In this document: positions 26,801 through 38,800 of the stretch, piece by piece
How positions within the stretch are numbered: the first letter of the stretch is position 1
Layout of the letters: each line of letters opens with the position of its first letter
DNA from: Amphiscolops sp. MND2022
Taxonomy: Eukaryota
Direction: 5' to 3'
NCBI GenBank assembly: GCA_964187785.1
Contig: OZ076409.1
Coordinates: 89,468,001-89,532,000, forward strand
DNA: 64,000 bases
Made by a program: the position numbers and the translations under genes
The notes under the pieces: generated by a model
Told to the model about the DNA's origin: nothing
The model's input: only the letters and a program-made list of their open reading frames with translations
Database searches by the model: none

Positions 26801-29800
26801 CTTAACTTCACGTTTGGGATGCGGCAAATGAAAAGGTCAACTTCCTTTTCGTTCGTAATTTTCCTGCATTCCTATTGGCTGTTATTTTCCTTTTATTCCG
26901 GTTCGTTTTTCTTCGGAAACGTTTCGTTTCCATCTGCGCTGTGATTGGCTGAACCGATATAAATAAAGTTTCTAATTTTGAACTTCATCATGGCGTCACC
27001 AATTCTTTTCCGGAGATTGTCCGTATGACGTCATTGATGCTTCTTTAGGGGAACTACGTTTATACTCCGTAATTTCAAAATGATTTTTCTTTAAGTCTTT
27101 TGAGAATCTCCTTGTAGGTTTTGATTCGCCCGTAGGATTTTGGGGACGTTTCGTTCCTTTAGGGGGTTTGCGTTCACCTCGCGTAATCTTCTCTTTCCTG
27201 ATCGTTTCTTTTTATTTTTAGATTGCCGTTGAATCATGGATGAAGAAAGTGTGCGTCCCCCCATTCCACCTGGTGGTTTCATCAGTGGGAACGAAACGGT
27301 CTATGGACATTCTGAGTGCGAATTGGGCGTGTCTGACATAGAGTTTGTTCGGGCTACTTCAGGTTGGTAAAATCTTTCTGATTTCCATGGGTATTGGGAC
27401 TTGTTATTTTGGTGATCAGCCTTTGTAGTCCTACCCGTAACTCTGACGCGTCTGAATCCAGATTCTGATTTTCAGTAGTTCAACCTGGTACAACGTCTGT
27501 TGTTGCTGCTTCTGCAACTACCGCAGTAGTGACGTCTTGTTCTGGATCATTGTTGCCCGCAGTTTCCTCTATCTTGCCTGTTATTCCCAGTGCTGTTATC
27601 AACGACATATTAACGTCTACTCTCGGACAGGCTGAACTTGCATCTTCTCTGGCAGTAAATGTTCTCCCTCCTGAGGGTGAGGCTAGTGGGTCTAAAAGTG
27701 TGCCTACAGTAGATGCCGGAGACTCCGGCGATGATTCGGATGGGGATGATTCCAGTATTGAGTCCCATGGAGGTGGGACTGTTACCCCCACCAGGAAGAA
27801 AGGTTAACATGGTTGACATAATTTTCTTGGTGTTTGTTTTGTGGTGAGTGGTTTTTACGCTTTGGTTGTCGTTTGCAGGGAAGACTGGTGTATCACGGGG
27901 TATGTCCGTTAGCTTTGGAGTCAGTCCTACGTGTGCCAAGAGAGTGGAGGAGAGTTCTGATGGCGTTGAACTGGCTGCGGATCTGAAGGAGTGGTTGAGT
28001 TAGTTGGCCTTTGTATTTGTGTAATGGGGGAGAGGTGTTTTTTTTCCTCTTATTGTTTATCATTGTGTATTGATAGGTCAAGATGACACCGGAGGTACTA
28101 CGTTTGGGCCGCAGGATTGGGTAGCATTGGGTCGCCAGTTAGTGAACGAGGTGGAAACACGCACTTCTGAGGCTATCCAAAGTGGTAAGTTCTTCTTATT
28201 GTATGGCGGGCGTTGTGTAGTATTAGTTATCTCTATGGTGGTGGCCTTTACTTGATATTTTTCATGGTGTTGTTATAGGATTTCGGGATCTGTCCGCAAA
28301 GTTGAGTCCTAAGAAGCGCAAGTACAGTAAGCGGAATCTTCTGAGTCGACGGATGCTTGGCGAACATCCTACATTCAATGACTTCGTGACTGGTGCCAAA
28401 AGTGGGTCAGATGAGTACTTCTTCTGTCGGATGTGCAAGCGAGACGTTGCCATACGTGCTCACGGAGTGTCCGAGATCATCCGTCATTTCGGGTCAGTTG
28501 GACATTGGCGGCGTGATGTTACGTACAGGGTACATATGGATCTGCCTGTGTATAACAAAATTCTGGAGCCAATGATTCTCACCGAAACACAGTTGGCTGA
28601 CTATCGTGCGCGGCCTTTTGAAGATCTTGGTGTGGAATTTCCTTTCCCTGAGGATTTGTTGAAGCATTCACATCCAAACTCAAAAGTGCCTTTGATGACC
28701 CTAGTGTCAAGTGTTTGTGAACTGGTTGGCAGGGGTGGCGACTTTGTCTTGTTGCGACATCTCTGGGGCCACTTCACGTCTTCGTTGGGCTTCCGGGAGC
28801 CTCAATTCTCGATGAATTGGAGCCGCTCTGAGACTGTGGTTAGTCTGGTTTATGGTTGTTTCATAGACTGTTGTTTTGTGTTTTGATCTTTCCTCTGATT
28901 GTATGACTGACTGCTTTAGTGTTCGTATCAGCAAATTGGCTTATTTGGTGTGTGTTTTAGGCCTTCCTTTGTCAGGGTCTCGCTCCGCGGGTATTGCGTG
29001 CCGTTCTGGGCAATGTGTCTTTGTCACGTGAATACAGTGTGGAGTTTGTAAAGCGCGATGGTCTCGAGTGTTGCTACGTAGTCTACTGGGAGGATGAGAA
29101 TTTCAAAAGGATCTGCGTGGATCAACAGCCGTTGGACCAGAAATTCCCTGATGCTGAGTTGGTTCCTCTTGCTCGGGTCCTGTGTAGTTTGACTGATGGG
29201 CCTCTGCCAATTTCGATCCGTGGTTGTAGTCCGTTGTTATTCCGAGAGCTGTGTGAAAGCCGGGACGATACTCGCCAATTTGTGGTTGTGTCCACTTTCA
29301 GCAGCGATGTCTTTCTCCAGTGCTTTCGCCAAGCGCATCAGGATGTATTCGGGATGGTGGAGTTGGTCACATTGGTCGAATACATTGTGGTTCGGATGAA
29401 GAGTGCCATGTACGAGGAGTGGACGGAGGACAAGGTTGTCTTGCGCCGGTGTATCACCAAAGGAGTTGTGGCTTTTGAAGATCTTCGCGATTTAGTGGGC
29501 GAGTTGATCGAGCTGTGGCCATCGATAAAGCCGTATATTCGTTGTACCGGGCTTCCTCATGCTAAAGATACTGCTGATAAAGTAAGTTGGATATTCATAA
29601 ATTCTCTTGGTATTGTGTGTTTCGTTATTTTGATGGCGGTGATTTTGTTGTTTTTAGCTGAAAGGCACTGATTGGAACATCATTGCTGATGAGATGTTTT
29701 TTCATCGTCTCGGGCTTTTACGTCTGATACTTGATACATGTGAGTAAGGGCTATTGAGTTCCGTTTGATATTCGTGATGATTGATTGTGCTTGTGTTGAC

Positions 29801-32800
29801 TGAAGATTCACCTGATGGATTGTTCTTGTAGCCTTTGCGTTTTCGTTGAATTGTGAGTATGTCTTGGAGTCGTAGCAGTTGGTTAGTGTCATTTGTGTTT
29901 TAGTCTATAACAATTTCACGAAGTTGCGACAGAGCCGTAGAGATTACAGTTTTCATTCATACGGAGAGCTCTGTAATTTCGTGTATTGCCTTTTGCTGAA
30001 GACTCGCGCTGTTGGAACTCTTCCGGGCATTCACGAGTGGGAAAAATATATGTCGGCTGAGGCGGTTTCATCTTTTCCCGTAGTGGCTCCAGACGCTTTC
30101 TTGGCAAATAATGACTTCGGAAAAACTTTGATGGTTAGAACGACCGGAGAGCTGCCAGAGTTTCGTTCACGATGTCGACAGTTTCTGGACAGGTTGATCG
30201 TCGTGATTGTTGGTAGTGTGAGTGTGACATCGGGAGTGTCACGTTGTCTATACAGTTTCTGCCCTGAGATCTTGTTCGAAGGCGACGACCATGGTGTATT
30301 TGCCTTGTTTGCAGATTTGTGCCGTTTATTGAAGACGTGTAATTTGATAACTGCTGAGGAGTCCCGCTGTGCTGTGGACGAGTTTAGCAGTTATGTGATT
30401 GAGAAGCGGGGTCAGCACCGTAGTTCCGGGCAGTCTGCTAGCAGTGTCAAAGATATAGTGGAGTATTTGTTGGGCGATTTTAGTTTTCAGTCTCGAGAGC
30501 GTTTGATGCGTATCTTTAAGCTCTGTTGTTTGACGATCGAGACCCTGGATGTGGTTTATCCATCTGTATCTATCAGCCTCAGTGGTAGTTCACTGCGTGA
30601 GGACGCGTTGCAGAATTGTATCAAGTTGGTGCAGTCATATGTGTTAAGTCCTGGTTACTGTCATCAACGTTTCTTCACCGGTCAGACTATGGATGCAGTT
30701 CGAGCCGCTGTAGATGAAGCTGGGGTTTTCTTTGTGTGTGGTGAGATCAATTTGTGGAAGGATTTCGTGGGCCCAACGTATGACTCGTTTGTTTCTTCCC
30801 ACAATGAGTCGTGTCACAAATTGTTGTTGCAGCGCCGGAAAGAGTACGAGGCGCATTATGTTGATTGTAATAAGGCCAACCGGCTGGCTCGTATGGACCA
30901 ATGTACTAGAACTGCTAGTAGTGATGCTGGGAGTGGGCGTTCGGGGTCATCTAAGCTTTCTTGTGGTTTATCTGTTGGAAAGAGTGCTGCAACCACTTCT
31001 GATGCGAAGAGACCTAAGCCGACACGTGAAGTGCCTGTAGTACCGCAGAAGGGTGGTGCCAGAGGAGTGAAAAAGCCGAAGAAAGGGAGCAAGAAGAATG
31101 ATAAAGATCCGGACGTAGTCCATAAATTGAAAAAGCCTTCTAATAAGTGATGTAAACTGTGATGCTATTTCATCGATGGATAGTTTCCTTTGTATATTGT
31201 TTTATCTGCTGTTGTATCTTTGGCTAATGTGTAGCTTTCTTTTGTTTTACGTAGTTTTAGAGATCTGATGCAAAAATTTAACGTAGCTACTCCGGTTCGG
31301 TTTAGCCCGTTGAGTGTTTTCATTCAATATTGAGTTTGAGGTATTTCTTCTGTTGTGACTGCGTCAAGCATCCGGAAATCGGGATGTGCATTAGGCTTAG
31401 GGTTAGGACGTAAGTTGTATCTTCCTGCTTTCCTCGGGTTGTATCCGACAACTATAGGCGGGAGTGTAGGCGGTATGGGAGGGCTTTCCATAGGCGGTGG
31501 GGTCATTATGAAAGGGTTATCGCTGACATCTAGGTTGAGCGACGTTTCATTTCCGGAGGGAATTTGTTCTGCTATTGAAGTTTCGTCTGCATATGTTATA
31601 ACTGTTTCTTGCTCCGTTGTATTTGCGTCTTCCGCTGGCAGCTCTGTGATGTTAGCTTCTTCATTTTCTCTTTCCGATGTGTTGCCGAACAGAACTTCTC
31701 CGAATTCGGTTTCCCAAGCTTGCGCGTACCAATCGTCGTGGGTTGTTTTAACCTCTGGATCTGGAAGTTGTTCTTCCACTTTGACTGTTACGTCAGGTAC
31801 TCGTTGATTGGGCGCATATAGCCTTAGGCGAATTCTATGGAGGGTTTGAGTGTATCTTGTTCCCGTTCGTCTTACGACATAGTTGTTGTTAGAAAGGACT
31901 TTGACCACTATATATGGTCCCGTCCAAATGCAATCTTTGAAAGCGAATTTCATTGACTGGTTATCAGCCTTCGGATTCAGGACATAGCAATAGTCATTGA
32001 TTTTCAATGGCGTTGCTGTCGCTTTTTTATCATAGTATCGCTTATATTTCAAATATGATTGCATAAGGTTGTCCTTGGCTGATTGATGTATCTCAGCTAT
32101 CTGTTTCTGTAATTCGTCCGTTAGGTCTTCGTTGGCATCTTTTTTCCATTCTGGCTTGAGTCCCAGCTTGATGTCCAGAATGTTGTACGGGATGCGTCCG
32201 TGAAATACGGTTGTTGGTTCACATCCTAGGCTCTCGTGGTAACTAGTGTTGTAGTTCATTACTGCAATTTGTACGTATTTGTGCCACATCGAACGGCGTT
32301 CTCCCGTTGATATCTTGAGGGAAGTCTTTAGAGATGCATGCGTTCTTTCGAGTATGCCAATTGTTTGTGCATGCTTTGTTGACGCGTGGCTGATCCGGAT
32401 GTCAAGTGTCTGTGCAATTTGATTTACTACATCTGATCGGAATTGTGATCCTTTATCAGTTAGAATCACTGTAGGCAGATAACAATGACGCGTCATAACG
32501 TCAATTATGCATCGTCCGACTATTCTGGCTGTCATGTCTTGAGTGGGGTATGCGAATAAATAACGGGAGAAAACATCCATCATGGTTACGATGTGTTTGT
32601 AGCCGTTTGATGAGGGTAGATTTGGTAGTATATCGACTTCTAGGCAATCTTCTGGTCCGAATGTGAATTCTGTGTTACTCAGCATTTTAGGACGTATTTG
32701 GCGCGTGTCAATTCGTTTGTTGGCTATGCAATCTGGGCAGTTGATTACCCAGGCTCTAATTTTCCGCGCTAGTCCCGGATAGTAGTACTTTGCTCGGCTT

Positions 32801-35800
32801 TCCTGAATCATTTTGGTTATTCCTGGGTGTTTGTTCATTTTTCCATGTAGTGTCGATAGGAGTTCTGGTACTATATGTTTTGGTATGAGGATTTGGTGAT
32901 GTGTTACTGTGCCATCTTCTCCGTAGTATTTACGCATGAGTACTCCGTCTTTGACTATTATTCTTTCTTCGTGACGTAGTAGGTTTCGTCCTCTGGGTTC
33001 GGTCTTGAGGAGGTGTTTGTCGTATTCTTCGTGAAGCAGCCGTAGTTTCAATGCTTTCAATATTGGGTCTGCGTCCTGTTCGTTGCGGATGCGGGCGTTT
33101 TCCTTGATGGCTCCAAAAGCGTATACTGCTGAGTTGAGAGGTATGTGTACTGTTTCAGTGACTTCCGTTGTCAAGTTTTGTTGTTCCTTTTCGTCTATTG
33201 CTCGTTGTTTGCTAAGGGCTTTCCTGGCGAAAATTTCTTGTTCTGATTCCTCTTCTTCGTCTGGTAGGAAAAAGAGTTGTTCTTCGTCCGCAACATCTGT
33301 AGACTGTAGGTTAACCTCGATAGGTGCCGTTATGATGTCGTCTCTCAATTTGAGTTGGATTCTCTCTTTTGGAGTTAATTCGAGGCGAGACAGGAAATCG
33401 GCTGCTGTATTTTGCGAGCCAGCTACGTGCATGATGCGAAATTTGAACTGGAGTACGTAGTCACAGGCATTCCAGAGAGCGGGTGGCGTTGTTTTCGTCT
33501 GGAAAAATCTCGTTACTGACCTGTTGTCTGTTAGTACTAGTGTAGGTAATGTTGTTTCCCAGAGAATGTGACTATATTCAAGGAATGCGTGATATATTGC
33601 GAGGAATTCTTTACAGTATATCGACATCTTCAGTTGTGACGGCGAGAATACGCGGGAGCCAAAAGCGACCGGTGCGAAAGTTTTCCGTTTGGAGAGTAAC
33701 TTTTTATCGTCGTTTTCTTCTATCATTAGGGCATAACCTGATGCTCGGAAGCTTGCGTCCGTCATTAGTACATATTGTTTTCCCGCAACTGGTTGTCTGA
33801 GGGCTAACCCACATGCCTCCGCTAGGCTTGCGTTGATGGCTTTGAAGTTGTCGACTAATTCTTCTGATATGGTGATTTTGGCATCTGCTTTTAGGAGTTC
33901 ATACATTCCAATCATTTTTTCAGACAGTCTTGGTATGTAGTTTCGGTAGTAGTTGATGAATCCAATGTATTTCTGGACTTGTTTCTTTGACCGGGGAAAT
34001 CTGATTTTGGATAAGAAGTTGGTGATTTTGTGTTCTTGTGGTGCTACTCCGTGGGGTGTGATGGTTCTTCCTAGGAATTCGATTTGGGTGACACCAAAGT
34101 GGCATTTTTCAATTGTGAGTTTTAGTCCTGCCTTGCGGATGCATTTGAAGACTGCTCTGATATTCTTGATGAGTTGTTCCGTTGTGTTGGCGGCGATTCC
34201 GATGTCGTCCACATATTGGGCACACTGGTCTGCTTTGATGACAGTGTCGAGGTATTCCCGCATGAAGCTCGAAAAGGCTGACAAGGCTCTACTAAGGCCT
34301 TGGGCTAGCCTACGATAGGCAAACGTTCTACTAGCAAAATTAAATGCAAGGAGTTCTACTGACCTTTGATCTGCCATTTGGAGGCAGTGATAGGCTTGTG
34401 AGCAATCTAGTTTGCAGAACAGCTGCTTTCCTGCTAGGTGTTGTGCGGCGTCTGAGAGGGTGCTGATGGGGTGGTTGTTGTTTATGTAGTCATCTGAGAT
34501 GAGGGCGTTGATTTTCCGTAAGTCTACTAGGAGCCGTAGTTTTCCGTTGGGTTTGCGTTGCGCGAAGATGGGGCTGGCATATTTCGAGAATGGGAGGGTT
34601 GTGATGATCCCGTATTTATGCATCAGTGCCAATTCTACTGTGAGGTCGTCTTTGAGGTTGATGGGTACGGGGAGACTCTGTGTATATACCGGTTTGTTGT
34701 TTTTGGGAGTTAGGGATACCTTGAACTGGTTGTTCATTCCGATGTCCAGTCGGTGACGTGCAAAAATGTCATTGAATTCGACTAATGTGGACTCTAGATT
34801 TTCACGGTCTTCTCCCGTTATTAGTGAATCATTCCATTTGAATAGCGAGAGGAATTGTGTTCTAGATTTTTCGTCTTGTTTGGGGTCCAGTTCTTCTAGT
34901 CTTTGTAGTTCGCGTAGTTCTCGTAGAATGCGTTGTTGGATGGGTGTGTGTTCCGATTCATCTCCGGGATTTTCAGGAGTTGGGAACCAGAATTTCTCTT
35001 CTGTTTGTTCTGACGAATCAACTTGCATTAGTGCATTAACGTACGCAATAACATCGTCATGTTCGGTGAGTAGATTGAGGGCTGCTATGTCTACTGCTCG
35101 TATCGATTTCGTTTCTTCGGGTTTCAGTATTTGTAATTCTGCTAGTTTCGTATGTGGCGTTATTGTATAGGGGAAATCTGTGGTGTTCGCTATTTTTATC
35201 GCAACTCGTTTGTCTCGGGCTGTTGTTATTGCTGGGGCTACTATAAGTTTTGCATTTTCGTCGAACTGCGGTAGGGGTTGAACTGTCCCAGTTATTGAGT
35301 GGTCGTTGCTTGCAGTGATGGACGCGTGGATAATCCGCGTGGCTTGTGCTGGTATGGTGTGTTTTTCTTCCGTTTTGATAGTGATGGGTTTGGGATTGCA
35401 CTTCTGTCTTTCATCTTTTAGGACTAGAGTGATTTGTATTTTGGGAAAATCTATTGTTCCTTGTGCAGTATCTAGGATTGCGGAATGTTTCCGGAGAAAT
35501 GCCAGGCCAATGATTGGGTAGGAGGTTTTGGTCATGATGATGAAAGTCTCCTCGAACGCGTAATCCCCGATTTTGAATTGCATTGTGTATGTTGCACGTG
35601 CTTTTTCGAGTTCTGTATTGGCATATTGTATCTTGAAAGGGGGCGGAGGTGCTTTCGCGATTATGGTTGCGTTGGCTTCAGTTTGTATTTTGTCTGCATC
35701 TCTTTCACTGATGACGTTGATGTAGGCTCCTGAGTCGACTAATGCATCAATTCTAGTGTTTTCAAAGTCGAGAGGAATAAAGAGCATTCTTTTCTTCTTT

Positions 35801-38800
35801 TTGAGGGTAATTGCTGACATTAACGGAATGTAGTCGTCATCTTTATCATGTTGTATGAATTCTCTTATGATGTTGAGATCGTATGGCAGTTGTTGTGGGC
35901 ATTCCGTTACTTCGTCGTCTTCCTGATTGTTGTTCTGGTTTGGCCATTCAGATGCTGTTGTTGGGGGTGATACTGTTTGGTCAGCTACTCCGCGTTGTTC
36001 TTTTGCTTGTTGTGACCATATTGTTTTGTCCTCAATGCAGATGATATTCTCTGCATCTATTGGTGTGTACGTGGTGGTGACGGGTGTTGGCGAGGACTGT
36101 GTTGTCTTTTTTAGGATTGGTGACAAAGGTGTTGGTAGGGTTGTACTCTCGGTGACTTGAGCTTGAGGATTTGAAACTTGGATCTTAAAAGAGAGTTTGT
36201 TTGTGTCATAGATGTCTGGTTCATCCCAGGGGTCACATCTATAGTCTTTATCATATATGTAAATGCGTTCTGTCTTTGATTCTGGTAGGGGTCTTTTTAG
36301 TGTCGCGTAGTTATCGGGCGATTCTGTTATCCATTGGGGTAGTGGTGTTGGGTCTTCTGGGTGTCGTGCATTGTGTCTGAGGATCATGCCTACGTTCCAA
36401 CGACGTTGCCAGTCCTGTGTCGTTTCTTCGTTGCATTCCGTCATGAAGTCTTCTTCATAGCGATTTGGGGGGTCTTCTATTGTGTACGCCCTCGCGTCTA
36501 CCGTTTCCCCGAAGCGGAGGCGCGGCGTTTTTAGTTTTTTGACTGGATTTCAACAGTGGGGATTGGTTGTTCGCTGATTTGGCTGGTGGGTATTGTGAAT
36601 TCATGACGTTTCTTCCTGGGGTCATTCGCCGCATTAGCTCCGTACCAGCAGTTCTCGGTTTTGTGGAGCTTCCCGCATGTTTCGCACTTTGGTTTGGGTG
36701 GTTCAATGGTTTTGGGGACACCGTTCTGTGCTTTAGTTTCGTAGTAACGATCTTTTCTTAATTTGCGGCATTGTGCTTTATAATGCCCCTGTTTACCACA
36801 GTGGAAGCAACTTCCTCGTTGGGTGAGTTCCTTTTTTGGTTCCGGTGGGACGACGTCGACCGTATTTAGTGGTACTAGTGTGGTTTCGTCTGGGGCTCCT
36901 AGGCCATTAAGGCGCATCTCTCGTTCGAGATGTAGGACAATATCATTATAGGGTTTGTCCTCGAGGTAGGCTCGGTTGAGGATCTTTTTGACGTGGTCTG
37001 GCATTTTGGCGTATATGGCCTTGTCTATAAATTTTTGTGCTTCAGAGCCGAACGCTTCTTTAGCCGTTTTTTGCAGAGTATCCAAAAATTCATGTAATTT
37101 TTGTTTGGTTGGGTCAAAATGTAGCGAGTCCCATTCGCATCTCGCTTTGGCAGAAGATTGAAAGTCTCCGAAGCGCCGTTTAAACGCCGTAATTACCTCC
37201 TCTAAGTTATCTTTTTTGGCATCGTCTAAGTTGCAGTATGCTTGTAGTGCATTGCCTCGTAGTAGTGAGTGGAAGTAGTTGATTTTTTGGATTTCTGTTA
37301 GATGTGGGTACATTTTTATGTTGTTCCGGAATAAGTCCTCGAAAAGTTCGAATTTTTCTGACTTACCATCGAATACAGGCAATGATGCAGTGAGTGCTTT
37401 GGGCATTGGGGGTAGGTGGGGTGGCTGGTGTATTTCCGGTTGGGAAGCGAAGAGTAGTCGTGATGTCGAAGGACGTTCGTTGGGTGGCAAGCTTTGTGGG
37501 CGATGCGGTCGTGTTTTCTTCTTTCCGAGGTTCGTTGAGTCATTGAGGACTCCTGTCACCATGTTACGACTATTTACCGGAGTGTTTTTACGATTAGTCG
37601 CAGTGGTTTTACTTCTGATTGGTGTTGAAGTTGCATTTTCCGGGATGTTTTCGGATTAAGAATCTGTTTCTTCAGTAGTGGCTATGACAGTTTGTTTTTT
37701 AACAGGAGCAGCTATAAGTTTTAACATCTCTTTTTGATTTTCAGCTAAGATTTTGGTAAGATCAGACATGATTTCTTTTCTTAGCGAAGACTTGATTTCT
37801 TCTAGATTTTCAGTGATTACTCTAGGAGATTTACTCGACCCCGCTACGGGATTTAGGTTTTGATTAACCTCAGTTATTGGGGTTTCCATTTCGGTGGAAA
37901 CTAGTTCTTCAACAGCTTTTCTCTTCTGGCTTCTAGTAGTCATTTTAGATAGAGCGAGAGAGGTTGTTCTTTGGAAAAATTTGAATTCTTCAAAGAAATA
38001 TGATTTTCGAAACGAAGTATTAACGGAGTAGTCTAGGAAACAGATTAACTTATTTTACAAATCCCTAGGTATATATACTTTCACAGCATCATTTGTTCCT
38101 CACCTAAAAATTCCTAGGAATCCTTAAAATCGGTTTTGTTCAACAAAAATGCTTAATCATCCTTATTATTTCAACCCCTTTTATTACTTGTTCATGATTT
38201 AAAATTCCTAGTCACGGATCCCTTACGGAGTACTTGTTGAAATCATTTTTGTTCATTAACATCATTTCCGGTTTGATCGCGGAAAAGGCGGCAAAACAAG
38301 TGTCTAGTTGAAACTTTATCGCGGAAAGCACGCGGGCGTGAACGATGATTCACTTTACGAGCAGTAAACTTTCAACTTGCGATAAAAGAAATGACAAGCG
38401 AAATTTGTTACGGAGACATCTCGGACGAATTTTGGATTGATAAACTGTGATATTTGAGAAGGAACAAATGATGCTGGAAAAATGATGAATACGAACTAAA
38501 AACCTGATTATTGTAAATCAGAAAACAGCCAACAATATTCTATCTAACTTTACATGAATTGAGTCAGTTAATACTGACAAATGCAACAATTAAATAGTAT
38601 ATTCATGAAAGCAACGTTTCTACAACGTGATTAATACACAAAGTATTCTTTTACAGAATAGGAAGAAGCACTCTTTTGTAAGGATTCACTTTTATCCTAA
38701 TTAACAGCACGAACTTTTTTAATCGATCACTAAAACGGAGAAAATCCGGGTGGAAAAAGTAAAACCTTATGATAATTTGAATATCTCGGGATAATTCTAC

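Noticed and set aside
27236..31150. Nested autonomous hAT transposon
   Set aside because: No TIRs or 8-bp TSD found around it, catalytic motifs are not evident, and it packs tightly against the pol stop (173 bp).
31355..37659. Plus-strand ORFs opposite gag and pol
   Set aside because: Antisense shadows of long coding frames with no motifs.
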